Source: Parcubacteria group bacterium Gr01-1014_38
GTDB lineage: Bacteria > Patescibacteriota > Andersenbacteria > UBA10190 > CAIZMI01
DNA length: 64,000 bases
Assembly: GCA_007376145.1 (NCBI GenBank)
Contig: VMFP01000001.1
Span: 14,639 to 78,638 of the forward strand
Direction: 5' to 3'
Positions 56,322-64,000 of this stretch are shown here, one piece after another. How positions within the stretch are numbered: position 1 is the stretch's first letter; every line of letters begins with the position of its first letter. The notes under the pieces are model-generated. The model saw only the letters and a program-made list of their open reading frames with translations, did no database searches and was not told the origin of the DNA. The translations under genes were made by a program, and so were the position numbers.

Positions 56322-56932
56322 GCAGAGGTTCGCGCATCCTCGAGCTCTTGCGTGGTCACGTCTCCGTTGCGAACGATCCGCCAGCGGCCGTTCTCGAGCG
56401 CCGCGACCGTCGAAGGCAAGCAGCGAACAAGTGAACCGCCATCCACCGCGTAGATCCGGATCTCTTTTGCCAGCGCCTCAACTTCCGCGAGCGTACAGGC
56501 TGAGGTCTCTCCCGAGGTGTTGGCGGAGGTAGCCGTGACGGGAAACGTGGTGAGCGTGACCAGTTCGCGGGTGAACGGGTGGTCTGGTGTGCGCACGCCC
56601 ACGCGGCCTTCTTTGGCAAGGTGCTGCAGGGCATCAGTCGTGTTCACGAGGAGGGTGAGCGGACGGTCCCGCAGCGCAGCAAAGACCTGCCGTTCCTCGT
56701 CCGTCCACGCCACAAACCGTTCCGGATGCTGTTCCGGAAGCAGGACTGTGTAGGTCTTGTCCTCCGGTCGCTGCTTGAGCGCGCTCAACTGTTCCAGCGC
56801 GCGTTGGTCGAGCGCGTTCACGCCAAGACCGTACGACGTTCCCGTGGGATAGGCGACGACCTGTCCCCGACTCAAGAGGGAAACGACCCGAGCGATATGG
56901 TGAAGTGGGAGCGTTTCCAGCATCGTTCCCAT
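56291..56932 (-). CDS. tsaC: L-threonylcarbamoyladenylate synthase (Sua5/YrdC family)
   Basis: VVAYPTGTSYGLGVNALD...LKQRP...TYTVLL and TSANTSGE motifs; 213 aa; its 3' end overlaps the HD gene convergently by 31 nt. Confidence 0.8.
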   Translation of the reverse strand: MGTMLETLPLHHIARVVSLLSRGQVVAYPTGTSYGLGVNALDQRALEQLSALKQRPEDKTYTVLLPEQHPERFVAWTDEERQVFAALRDRPLTLLVNTTDALQHLAKEGRVGVRTPDHPFTRELVTLTTFPVTATSANTSGETSACTLAEVEALAKEIRIYAVDGGSLVRCLPSTVAALENGRWRIVRNGDVTTQELEDARTSAHSPSSAAVP

Positions 56933-57079
56933 GGTATCGCATTTTTCTTAGGGGGTAATGTCACTTTCCTTCCACCAATTTCTGATAGAGGAGGAGCATC
57001 TGCGTCTCGGTTGAGAGACGCCGGTGGTTGAAGCGCCACACCTCCTCGGCCACAGAGAGGACAAGACGCTCCCGCCGGA

Positions 57080-57311
57080 TGCCCCCGGTGGTTTTCAGTC
57101 GGGCGCTTCAAGTATCCCCAGAAGCTCTCGATGCTGTTCGTGTGTACCCGGCCTCGGCGATCTCCCGCTCCGTGTCCCGCCCCCCGAATACTGCACCGAC
57201 AATGCGGCGATGATGGGCGCAGCGGCCGCTCTGCAATTCACGTTGCCGGTAGCGGTGCTGACCCGCCCGGGCGCGCCCCGGCCCGCTCCGCCATCGCCAC
57301 GGCCGCACTGA
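57080..57311 (+). pseudogene. tsaD: C-terminal relic of tsaD/kae1 (tRNA threonylcarbamoyladenosine synthase), frameshifted and N-terminally deleted
   Basis: The frame ending at 57311 encodes ...LPLRVPPPEYCTDNAAMMGAAAALQF, matching the TsaD C-terminal signature (PxxxCTDNAAMIA.AG). Further upstream only GG.../RALQ-like fragments are seen, in shifted frames. No N-terminal ~270 codons exist because tsaC (minus strand) occupies that space. Confidence 0.55.
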
Positions 57312-58704
57312 GGGAAAACAGCGAGCCGATGAACCAGTGATAGTTCGCGAACGCGTACTTGTTGAACAAGAAGAACGCGAGGTGCACCGTTGCGGCGTAG
57401 AGCAGGAAGGCGGACAAGGACGCGCGGCTGGCGCGGGCGAGGAGCGTCCCCACCCCGAGTGCGGCGCCGATGCCCGCCACGCTCAGCACGAGCGGCGGGG
57501 GCGTCCACCCAAAGACCTGCGGGAAGACCGCCCCGAGGGCGAGGGCGTCGGCGCGTGCGGGCGTGCTCCAGAGGAACAGGATGACCCCGTGAAAGAATAC
57601 TCGCGGTCCCCACATCACAAACGGGAGTGCCACGGCCGCAGCGAGGGCCACCGCGGTGAGGATCGCCCGCGCGTTGGTGCGGCGGGCCGCCCACAGGGTC
57701 AGGACGGACAGCACACTGTATTGCTTCACGGCCAGCAGGCCCGCGAGGGCGACCGTCCGCCAGCACCGCCCGCGCTCCCCCGCGAGCGTCCAGACCACGG
57801 CCGTGAGGCCGAGCAGGAGTAACGGGTCGCTCCACGATAGCTCGAGCACAAAAAAGCCGCGTGGGTGGAGAAGCAGGGCGGCGAGGGCCAGCTCGCACGC
57901 GTGCCCGGGCGGGGCGCCGAGGCGCCGGCAGGCCGCGCGGGTGAGCGCGGCCGCGCCGATGGTGGCCGCGAGCAGGCTCCAGCGGATGTCGCCGAGTAGC
58001 AGGAAGCCCGGCACCATGGCAAGAATGCTCGCGGGCGGGTAGTTGTAGTGGTACACGAAGCGACCGTCGCGCACCCGCGCCGAGCCGTAGAATTGCTCGG
58101 CTTGCCGCTGCGTGTAGATGTTGGGGTAGGACGCTTCATACGGATTCTGCCGTTCGAGGAGCAGGCCGGCGGCCCGTTGGTGGAAGACCCACGTGTCAAT
58201 GTGGGGTGCGGGGGACGCCGTAATGGACCAGCTGCCCAGCAGGGCGGCAACGGCGGCGAGTGCCGGGAAACGGAGGGCGGGCCGCAGGAGCGCCGGGAGT
58301 GCGTAACTCGCGGCGATGAGACCGGCGGCGAGGATCCCCGCCCGGAAGACGGTGAGGTTCGCGTCGGGAGACGGGTAGAGCACCGGGAGGCGGTGGAGGT
58401 GGTCGATGAGAAGGCCGGCGATCAGTGCCGCGAGAAGGAAGGGGAGGGCGGCCGCGGCGCGGGCGCCGAGCTGCGGGGAAGGCTCGAGACGCAGGCCGAT
58501 CCCGGCGACGACGAGCGCACCGAACGCGAGGATGATCGCCCATGGGTCGTAGAAGCCGGAGCGGCGGGCCACTGCCCACGCGAGGAGGGCGAACGCGGTG
58601 AGCGCGACCGCGGCGATGGTGGCAGAGCGCTGATCGGGTTCACGCGCTGAGGGTGTCGTCCCGGGGGCGGCAGGCGTCTGGTGCCACGCAACCTCTGCGG
58701 CCAT
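57238..58704 (-). CDS. polytopic integral membrane protein (>=10 TM; possible membrane glycosyltransferase-like)
   Basis: The start was placed at the ATG (MAAEVAWHQ...) because the upstream 78 codons of the track ORF look non-coding. The protein is highly hydrophobic, with a YHYNYPPASIL loop; 488 aa. Confidence 0.5.
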   Translation of the reverse strand: MAAEVAWHQTPAAPGTTPSAREPDQRSATIAAVALTAFALLAWAVARRSGFYDPWAIILAFGALVVAGIGLRLEPSPQLGARAAAALPFLLAALIAGLLIDHLHRLPVLYPSPDANLTVFRAGILAAGLIAASYALPALLRPALRFPALAAVAALLGSWSITASPAPHIDTWVFHQRAAGLLLERQNPYEASYPNIYTQRQAEQFYGSARVRDGRFVYHYNYPPASILAMVPGFLLLGDIRWSLLAATIGAAALTRAACRRLGAPPGHACELALAALLLHPRGFFVLELSWSDPLLLLGLTAVVWTLAGERGRCWRTVALAGLLAVKQYSVLSVLTLWAARRTNARAILTAVALAAAVALPFVMWGPRVFFHGVILFLWSTPARADALALGAVFPQVFGWTPPPLVLSVAGIGAALGVGTLLARASRASLSAFLLYAATVHLAFFLFNKYAFANYHWFIGSLFSLSAAVAMAERAGARPGGSAPLPAT

Positions 58705-58842
58705 GAGCCTATGGTAGCGGGGGCCGGCGGCTGTACAAACTCCCCGTATGACTTTCCCCTTTTCTTTCAGGACGTGGGTATCTGCGTCTGACACGCGCCC
58801 TTGCCACAGCAAGAGTCTCAACGGTATCATCGTCCGCGGACC

Positions 58843-59451
58843 ATGCCACACACCCTCGATCCGCTTCCGTACGCCTACAACGCGCTCGAGCCGTACATCG
58901 ATGAGCAAACGATGCGGCTCCACCACGACAAGCACCACCAGACCTATGTGGATAAGTTGAACGCAGCGCTGGAGAACGCACCGGAGTTCGCGGCGAAGTC
59001 TCTTGACGATCTCCTCCGCGACCTCACTGCCGTTCCTGAGTCAGTCCGCACCGCCGTCCGCAATCACGGCGGCGGGCACACGAATCACTCCATTTTTTGG
59101 AAGAATATGCGGCCGGGCGGGGGTGGCGACCCCGGCGGTTCGCTTGCCGACGCACTCCAAAAAACATTTGGGGACTTGGCGAAATTCCGCGAGGAAATGA
59201 CCAAGGCAGCGACCGGCGTGTTTGGAAGCGGTTGGGCATGGCTTGTTGCTGAAGAGAGAACGCTCCGCGTTGTCCCGCGCCCGAACCAAGACAGTCCGCT
59301 TATGGACGGGCAAACGCCGTTGCTTGGCCTTGACGTGTGGGAGCACGCATATTACTTGAAGTATCAAAACAAACGCCCAGAGTACATCGCGGCGTGGTGG
59401 AATGTCGTCAACTGGGATGACGTGGCCGAGCGCTTCGCGGCGCATTCCTGA
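58843..59451 (+). CDS. sodA: Fe/Mn superoxide dismutase
   Basis: [13 protein letters not shown]..., HHDKHH, a D and WEHAYYL; starts at the second ATG (58843); 202 aa. Confidence 0.88.
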   Translation: MPHTLDPLPYAYNALEPYIDEQTMRLHHDKHHQTYVDKLNAALENAPEFAAKSLDDLLRDLTAVPESVRTAVRNHGGGHTNHSIFWKNMRPGGGGDPGGSLADALQKTFGDLAKFREEMTKAATGVFGSGWAWLVAEERTLRVVPRPNQDSPLMDGQTPLLGLDVWEHAYYLKYQNKRPEYIAAWWNVVNWDDVAERFAAHS

Positions 59452-59452
59452 G

Positions 59453-59641
59453 ATGGAGTACACGAATACCGATTCCGTTCCAGAAAGTGGAGCCTACGTC
59501 TGCACCTCCTGTGGAGATACCCAGGAGTTCGAAGCCGGGGACGACTTTGTCATTTGCGATGCCTGCGGTGACGAGAGTGCCGGCTGGGAACCTCAGGTGA
59601 CCGAAGGAGCGGAAGAAGGGCTCGGAGAAGAAGAACGCTAG
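59453..59641 (+). CDS. small zinc-ribbon protein
   Basis: MEYTNTDSVPESGAYVCTSCGDTQEF...VICDACGDE, i.e. two CxxC pairs; 62 aa with an acidic tail. Confidence 0.45.
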   Translation: MEYTNTDSVPESGAYVCTSCGDTQEFEAGDDFVICDACGDESAGWEPQVTEGAEEGLGEEER

Positions 59642-59658
59642 AATCCCGCCTCACCACC

Positions 59659-60879
59659 ATGGAGACTTTCGGGAGGAAACCAGGACCCCTTTCTCTCTCG
59701 GCGCTTCTCGTGGCCGCAGGCCTCGGGTTTCTCGGCGGGGTCGTCGGCGCTTCGGTCGTGCGGCAGTCGGGGGGCGATACTCTTCCGCTTCTTGGGGGGA
59801 GCACTCCGGAGCAGTCGTCCCCACGAGCGTCTGGCCCCACGAGCGATCCGATTGCGGATGTCGTTGAGCGGGTGAACCCCGCGGTGGTCAGCGTGATCGT
59901 CACCAAGGACCTCCCGAAGCTGGAAGAGGTCTTTCTGGAGCCGTTCGGCCGCCCGTTCTTCGGTCCGTCGCCATTCCGGTTGCGGCTGCGGCGTCCGTCT
60001 GGAGAAACAGAAAAGCAGGAAGTGGGCGGCGGGACAGGCTTTGTGGTGAGCGCCGATGGTTTGATTCTTACCAACCGTCATGTGGTCGCCGATACCGAGG
60101 CGGAATACACCGTGGTCTTAAACACCGGCGAGAAAGTTCCCGCACGGGTGCTGGCGCGCGATCCCGCTCTTGACCTTGCCGTCTTGCGCGTGGATAAGCG
60201 CGGGCTTCCCACGATCCCATTCGGGGATTCGAGCGCGATCCGCGTCGGGCAAACAGTCATTGCCATCGGGAACGCCCTCGGGGAATTCCGCAACACCGTG
60301 AGCGTCGGGGTTATCTCTGGACTCGGGAGACAGATTACCGCGGGAAATCAGACGACGGGGCAGACCGAGGTACTCGACCACGTCATTCAGACCGACGCGG
60401 CCATTAACCCGGGAAATTCCGGTGGGCCGCTCCTCAACTTGCGGGGAGAAGCGATCGGCATCAACACGGCGATTGCGGGAGGCGCGGAGAACATCGGGTT
60501 CGCCATTCCTTCCACTGAAGCCTCTCGGGTGCTCGCCGACGTCCGGGCGCACGGGCGCATTGTGCGACCCTTCGTCGGCATTCGGTATATCGTGATTACA
60601 CCGGCGATCGCGAAGGCGAATGACCTCCCTGTCGACCACGGTGCGCTGGTCCTCCAAGGTGGGGAAGACGAACACGCCGTGATCCCAAGGAGTCCGGCAG
60701 ACCGCGCGGGGATTCAGGAGCGCGATATCATTCTCGAATTTGACGGTCAGCGGATTGATGAGCAGCACTCCCTGGCCTCGCTGATCCGACAGAAGAAGGT
60801 TGGTGACCGTGTCCGCCTGAAAGTGCTGTCGCGCGGGCAGGAGAAAACGGTAGAAGTTGTGCTTTCAGAAGCCCGATAA
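59659..60879 (+). CDS. htrA: HtrA/DegP-family serine protease with a PDZ domain
   Basis: An N-terminal TM, the catalytic triad context (TNRHVV, DLAVLRV, GNSGGPL) and a C-terminal PDZ; 406 aa. Confidence 0.85.
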   Translation: METFGRKPGPLSLSALLVAAGLGFLGGVVGASVVRQSGGDTLPLLGGSTPEQSSPRASGPTSDPIADVVERVNPAVVSVIVTKDLPKLEEVFLEPFGRPFFGPSPFRLRLRRPSGETEKQEVGGGTGFVVSADGLILTNRHVVADTEAEYTVVLNTGEKVPARVLARDPALDLAVLRVDKRGLPTIPFGDSSAIRVGQTVIAIGNALGEFRNTVSVGVISGLGRQITAGNQTTGQTEVLDHVIQTDAAINPGNSGGPLLNLRGEAIGINTAIAGGAENIGFAIPSTEASRVLADVRAHGRIVRPFVGIRYIVITPAIAKANDLPVDHGALVLQGGEDEHAVIPRSPADRAGIQERDIILEFDGQRIDEQHSLASLIRQKKVGDRVRLKVLSRGQEKTVEVVLSEAR

Positions 60880-60893
60880 CGGCTGGTCGGCGC

Positions 60894-61685
60894 GTGGCCT
60901 GGATGGACTACCCATCTCTCGCCGTCGTCCACGTGGGTTCGCTGTCCCTCCGGATGTGGGGGGTCTTCGTGGCGCTGGGCGTGCTCGCCGCGACGTTCGT
61001 GTCGGCAAAGCGAGGGCAGCGGCGAGGCGTTCCCGCGGAGCAGGTGTGGCATCTTTCGTTCTGGGTGACGCTTGCCGGGCTCATCGGTGGGCGAGCGCTC
61101 TACGTGGCGGAGTACTGGCGCGATTTTACCGCGGAACCGCTCGCGGTCTTCGCGATTTGGGAAGGGGGCATGTCCGCCGTCGGGTCTATCCTCCTCGGGG
61201 TGCTCGCAGGTTGGATCGTCGCGCGCCGACGCAGGATTCGACTCTGGCCACTGGCGAACGCCGTTGCCCCTGCGCTTCTTCTCGGCGATGCGCTCGGTCG
61301 GCTCGGGGGTGCCGCGTCACACATGTATGCCGGGGTTCCCACCCGATTCCCCCTTTCCTACGTTCTCGACGGCGTGCAGCGGCATGAGGTGGGAATCGAG
61401 TTATCCTTGGCGAGTGTTGCAGGATTCTTGCTCATTCTTGGAGCCGAAAGATTTCTGCGCAGACGGCAAGACCCCCTACTCTCTTCTCCCTCACTCGCAC
61501 TCCTCTGGTATTCGGCAGAACGGTTCTTCCTCGATTTCCTCCGCGCATCCGATCTTCCGCAGAGCGACCTTCGGTACGCGGGCTTGACCTTGGCCCAGTA
61601 CTTCGCGCTCGCTGGCTTCGCGGCGGGCGGATGCCTCCTCGCTTGGTCCTGGCGAGGAGCGCGTGTGCGTCATGGCCGCGCTTGA
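60894..61685 (+). CDS. lgt: prolipoprotein diacylglyceryl transferase
   Basis: Polytopic, with the FAIWEGGMS (Lgt signature) and YxxxxxxG motifs; 263 aa. Confidence 0.72.
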   Translation: MAWMDYPSLAVVHVGSLSLRMWGVFVALGVLAATFVSAKRGQRRGVPAEQVWHLSFWVTLAGLIGGRALYVAEYWRDFTAEPLAVFAIWEGGMSAVGSILLGVLAGWIVARRRRIRLWPLANAVAPALLLGDALGRLGGAASHMYAGVPTRFPLSYVLDGVQRHEVGIELSLASVAGFLLILGAERFLRRRQDPLLSSPSLALLWYSAERFFLDFLRASDLPQSDLRYAGLTLAQYFALAGFAAGGCLLAWSWRGARVRHGRA

Positions 61686-61691
61686 CATCCC

Positions 61692-61700
61692 TGCTATACT
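61692..61700 (+). promoter_or_regulatory. extended -10 TGcTATACT, 7 nt upstream of the grx ATG (putative leaderless promoter), identical to the gap element
   Basis: tgctatact followed by gcctggg and then ATG 61708; no SD. Confidence 0.4.
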
Positions 61701-61707
61701 GCCTGGG

Positions 61708-61962
61708 ATGAAGCACGTCACCATCTACACCACTCCCACGTGCGGGTTCTGCGCCATGACGAAGAAGTACTTCCAGGAGAACAACGTGACGTATATGGAG
61801 AAAGACGTCTCGAAGGACTTCAACGCCGCGCAAGAGATGATCGGCAAAAGCGGTCAGATGGGCGTCCCGGTGATCGTCGTCGGCGATGGAGCGGGGGAGG
61901 AAACGCTCATCGTCGGCTTCAATCGCCCGCGGCTGGCGCAGGCACTAGGCCTGAAGGGATAG
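61708..61962 (+). CDS. glutaredoxin-like protein (NrdH/YruB type, CGFC active site)
   Basis: MKHVTIYTTPTCGFCAMTKKYF...GVPVIVVG thioredoxin fold; 84 aa. Confidence 0.75.
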   Translation: MKHVTIYTTPTCGFCAMTKKYFQENNVTYMEKDVSKDFNAAQEMIGKSGQMGVPVIVVGDGAGEETLIVGFNRPRLAQALGLKG

Positions 61963-62038
61963 TCCCAACGATGATTCGAATCCCGAGCGGGTCCTGCCGC
62001 GCTGGGCCCTCCCACCCAGCGCGGCACCCGCATTCCTC

Positions 62039-62983
62039 ATGCAACAGAACGACATTTACGACGTCTTAATCGTTGGTCTTGGGCCGGGAGCGATTACGGC
62101 CGCCATCTATTCTTACCGGAAGCGCGCCAAAGCTCTTCTGATCGGGAAAGATTTCGGAGGAGCGGTGCTCGTTTCGGGGGAGATCGAGAACTGGCCGGGC
62201 GAAGTGCATACGGACGGGATTCAACTCTCGCAGAAGTTCGAGCAGCACGTCAAAAAGTACTGCACGGACATCTCCTGCTTTGATCAGTCGCTCGTGACAA
62301 AGATCGAGCGGGAAGGGAACCTCTTTCGCGTGCACAACGAACACGGGAAGAGCTACGTGAGCAGGACGGTCATCTACGCGACGGGCCGGAAGCCGAAGCA
62401 GCTCGGCGTTCCCGGCGAAGAACAGTACCGGAATAAGGGCGTATCCTACTGTGCCGTCTGCGACGGTCCGCTCTTTGGTGACAAAGAGGTGGCGGTCATT
62501 GGGGGAGGGAACTCTGCTCTCGAAGCGATCCTGATGCTTACGAAGATCGCCTCCAAGGTGACCGCAGTGAATATCAACCCGCAGTTTAAAGGAGACGAGA
62601 TCTACATCCAGCAGCTCCCGAAGCTCGCCAACGTCGAGGTGGTCTACGACGGCGTCACTGCGGAAATTCGCGGCGACGGAAAATTCGCCACCGGGATCGT
62701 GGTTCAGCACAAAGACACAAAAAAGACCCGGGAGTTTCCGGCAAAGGGGATTTTCGTCGAGATTGGATCACTCCCCATTATTGATCCCGTGAAAGACCTT
62801 GGCTTGGAACTCAACGCGTACAAGGATATCGTCGTTAGTCGGAACTGCGAAACCAACATCCCAGGCTTTTACGCGGTGGGGGATGTCACCGATGTCCGGG
62901 ATAAACAGATCGTCGTCGCCGCAGGGATGGGATGCACCGCAGCGTTGAGCGCAGGGGAGTATCTGGTGAAATCTTCCTCATGA
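62039..62983 (+). CDS. trxB: thioredoxin-disulfide reductase
   Basis: VLIVGLGPGAITAAIY (FAD-binding), the CAVCDG redox-active disulfide and GGGNSA (NADPH-binding); 314 aa. Confidence 0.85.
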   Translation: MQQNDIYDVLIVGLGPGAITAAIYSYRKRAKALLIGKDFGGAVLVSGEIENWPGEVHTDGIQLSQKFEQHVKKYCTDISCFDQSLVTKIEREGNLFRVHNEHGKSYVSRTVIYATGRKPKQLGVPGEEQYRNKGVSYCAVCDGPLFGDKEVAVIGGGNSALEAILMLTKIASKVTAVNINPQFKGDEIYIQQLPKLANVEVVYDGVTAEIRGDGKFATGIVVQHKDTKKTREFPAKGIFVEIGSLPIIDPVKDLGLELNAYKDIVVSRNCETNIPGFYAVGDVTDVRDKQIVVAAGMGCTAALSAGEYLVKSSS

Positions 62984-62987
62984 GGAA

Positions 62988-63009
62988 AAGGACGGCGGCG
63001 GCCGTCCTT
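62988..63009 (+). terminator. GC-rich hairpin aaggacggc-ggcg-gccgtcctt directly after the trxB stop
   Basis: A 9-bp perfect stem; the tail is only weakly U-rich. Confidence 0.4.
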
Positions 63010-63116
63010 GCGGGGTTGGTTGCGCTCCCTTAACGCTCCGGCGTTCGTTCTCCGAGGGGCTTCTCCGCGCTCGTGGAGCGTTCGGTGATAAGAAAGTTCG
63101 AAGCAATTCCTCACCC

Positions 63117-63266
63117 TCACCTTCGAGGAAGAAGAGTGAAGACACGGCCGGTGGTGACGAGACGCTGTGCCTGCGCGAGACGCTCTTTTACAGCTTTGCG
63201 TTCGCGTTTTCCTTGCTCCACGATCCGCCGAAGGCGAGCCAGAGATTGCTTCCATTGGTGATTCAT
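63117..63266 (-). CDS. putative small basic protein (49 aa)
   Basis: An AAAGGAG SD lies 7 nt upstream of the ATG; the product is MNHQWKQSLARLRRIVEQGKRERKAVKERLAQAQRLV...; it sits within a longer track ORF (63117..63308). Confidence 0.3.
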   Translation of the reverse strand: MNHQWKQSLARLRRIVEQGKRERKAVKERLAQAQRLVTTGRVFTLLPRR

Positions 63267-63418
63267 ACGCGCTCCTTTTCTTACCGGGAAAGACACCAGG
63301 AAAGACACTGCCGCATTGAGAAAGGACTGTCTCTACTCTGCAACACTCGATGGGTTTCGTCAAGCGTGGACATCTGTGCTATCGTGAAGGAACTCATCCG
63401 TAACTCATCCACACGTTC

Positions 63419-63562
63419 ATGGAAGCCTATTGCGTGAAGTGCAAAGCGAAGCGCGAAATGAAGGATCCGAAGCCGGTCACGCTGAAGAATGGAAAACCCG
63501 CGACGAAGGGTACGTGCCCGGTGTGCGGGACCTCCATGATGCGGATCGGCAAGCCTGTCTGA
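63419..63562 (+). CDS. DUF5679-family zinc-ribbon protein (47 aa; below the ORF-track length cutoff)
   Basis: MEAYCVKCKAKREMKDPKPVTLKNGKPATKGTCPVCGTSMMRIGKPV matches the CVKC...CPVCG signature of this small protein family. Confidence 0.55.
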   Translation: MEAYCVKCKAKREMKDPKPVTLKNGKPATKGTCPVCGTSMMRIGKPV

Positions 63563-63716
63563 ACCAACCGCCGCACGCGGAACCAAAACCCGTGCATCCG
63601 GAAGAGGGAGCCCATGAGGGTTTCCTCTTCTGTGTTTGTCCTTCCGCGTCCAAGGCGGAGCCTGCCTGGTTGTCTGACTGCCGTTCGCGGACTATCCTAA
63701 AGACCTAAAAGACGTC

Positions 63717-64000
63717 ATGCGCAGCATTTTTGCGGATCGTGCCGCCATCGTGTTGTCGGCGGTGCTCTTCCTTGGCTTAGAGACTTTGACGATCGTCACC
63801 CGCTTCACCTGGCCGCTGTTTACCGTCTTCCTCTTGTTTCTCCTGCTTGGAACGCTCATGGCGCTGCGGGAGGAGCTCCGCAGGCGTGGGCCGCACGTCG
63901 CCATTCTCCCACTCGCCTACATCGTGAGTGTCTTCCTCTTCCATCTCTTTGTGTCCCAAGGCCTTCTGCAGCATCTCTTCATCGCGGGGACAACCCTCGG
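63717..64000 (+). CDS. hypothetical membrane protein (5' partial; continues beyond the window end)
   Basis: ATG 63717, then MRSIFADRAAIVLSAVLFLG...; two or more TM helices; the frame stays open to position 64000. Confidence 0.35.
   Translation, partial: MRSIFADRAAIVLSAVLFLGLETLTIVTRFTWPLFTVFLLFLLLGTLMALREELRRRGPHVAILPLAYIVSVFLFHLFVSQGLLQHLFIAGTTL

Noticed and set aside
57024-57311. 95-aa plus-strand ORF as an intact gene
   Set aside because: Only its last ~45 residues resemble TsaD. The N-terminal part is frame-shifted junk and it overlaps the 3' end of the convergent membrane gene, so it was called a pseudogene fragment.
58705-58938. 78-codon N-terminal extension of the 57238 membrane protein ([10 protein letters not shown]...)
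   Set aside because: The extension is non-hydrophobic, low-complexity and runs into the sodA promoter region. The start was placed at the internal ATG (MAAEVAW...) immediately before the first TM helix.
61682-61687. TTGACA hexamer upstream of grx as a -35 element
   Set aside because: It lies only 7 nt upstream of the -10 (TATACT), a non-functional spacing. The extended -10 TG is the more plausible determinant.

Overview
The window is a 64-kb, roughly 62% GC bacterial chromosomal segment packed with housekeeping genes, many with 4-nt start/stop overlaps. The compact operons, fused SecDF, short-form ProRS, a DUF5679 zinc-ribbon protein and TrmB-like regulators are compatible with a high-GC Patescibacteria (CPR)-like or similarly streamlined genome; this lineage call is inference only. 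In window order it contains adk, then map and a RuvX (YqgF) domain joined in-frame with no stop codon, a GT2 glycosyltransferase, galT and a glycolysis block (tpiA, fba, gap, pgk, eno). Next come a convergent htpX/lemA pair, a fused secDF, holB, frr, rseP and proS, then a cell-shape and cell-wall block (mreB, mreC, mreD, PBP2, an FtsQ-like gene, a membrane-anchored MurF-like ligase, a DegT aminotransferase, a FemAB homolog and a thermonuclease), interspersed with greA, lysS and serS. After that come two tandem GT39 (ArnT/PMT-like) glycosyltransferases with a GtrA gene, dnaX, a tRNA-Gln(TTG), recJ, rnhA, an RNase P RNA (rnpB) with its own TTGACA-17-TAGAGT promoter, and a polysaccharide locus (sugar-phosphate transferase, GT4, a TrmB-like regulator). 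The window ends with xseA/xseB, a pterin carbinolamine dehydratase, an HD-domain protein, tsaC, sodA, htrA, lgt, a glutaredoxin-like gene and trxB. The non-routine content is as follows. (1) A low-GC islet lies directly downstream of the tRNA (43.0-44.9 kb), with a 2-3 TM protein, three tightly packed small ORFs and two roughly 80-bp imperfect direct repeats that bracket the small ORFs. (2) A low-GC two-gene surface module (a membrane-anchored PD40-repeat protein plus a polytopic Cys-rich membrane protein) sits at 34.0-36.8 kb. (3) An orphan 251-aa gene is flanked by a perfect 30-bp palindrome and a terminator. (4) A degraded C-terminal relic of tsaD lies beside tsaC. (5) Extended -10 elements (TGnTATAnT) sit 6-8 nt upstream of the ATG of adk, gap and grx, implying leaderless mRNAs. 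(6) rnpB carries an unusual roughly 100-nt insertion. No CRISPR array, rRNA or obvious transposase was seen. The many long antisense ORFs in the track are treated as high-GC artefacts.
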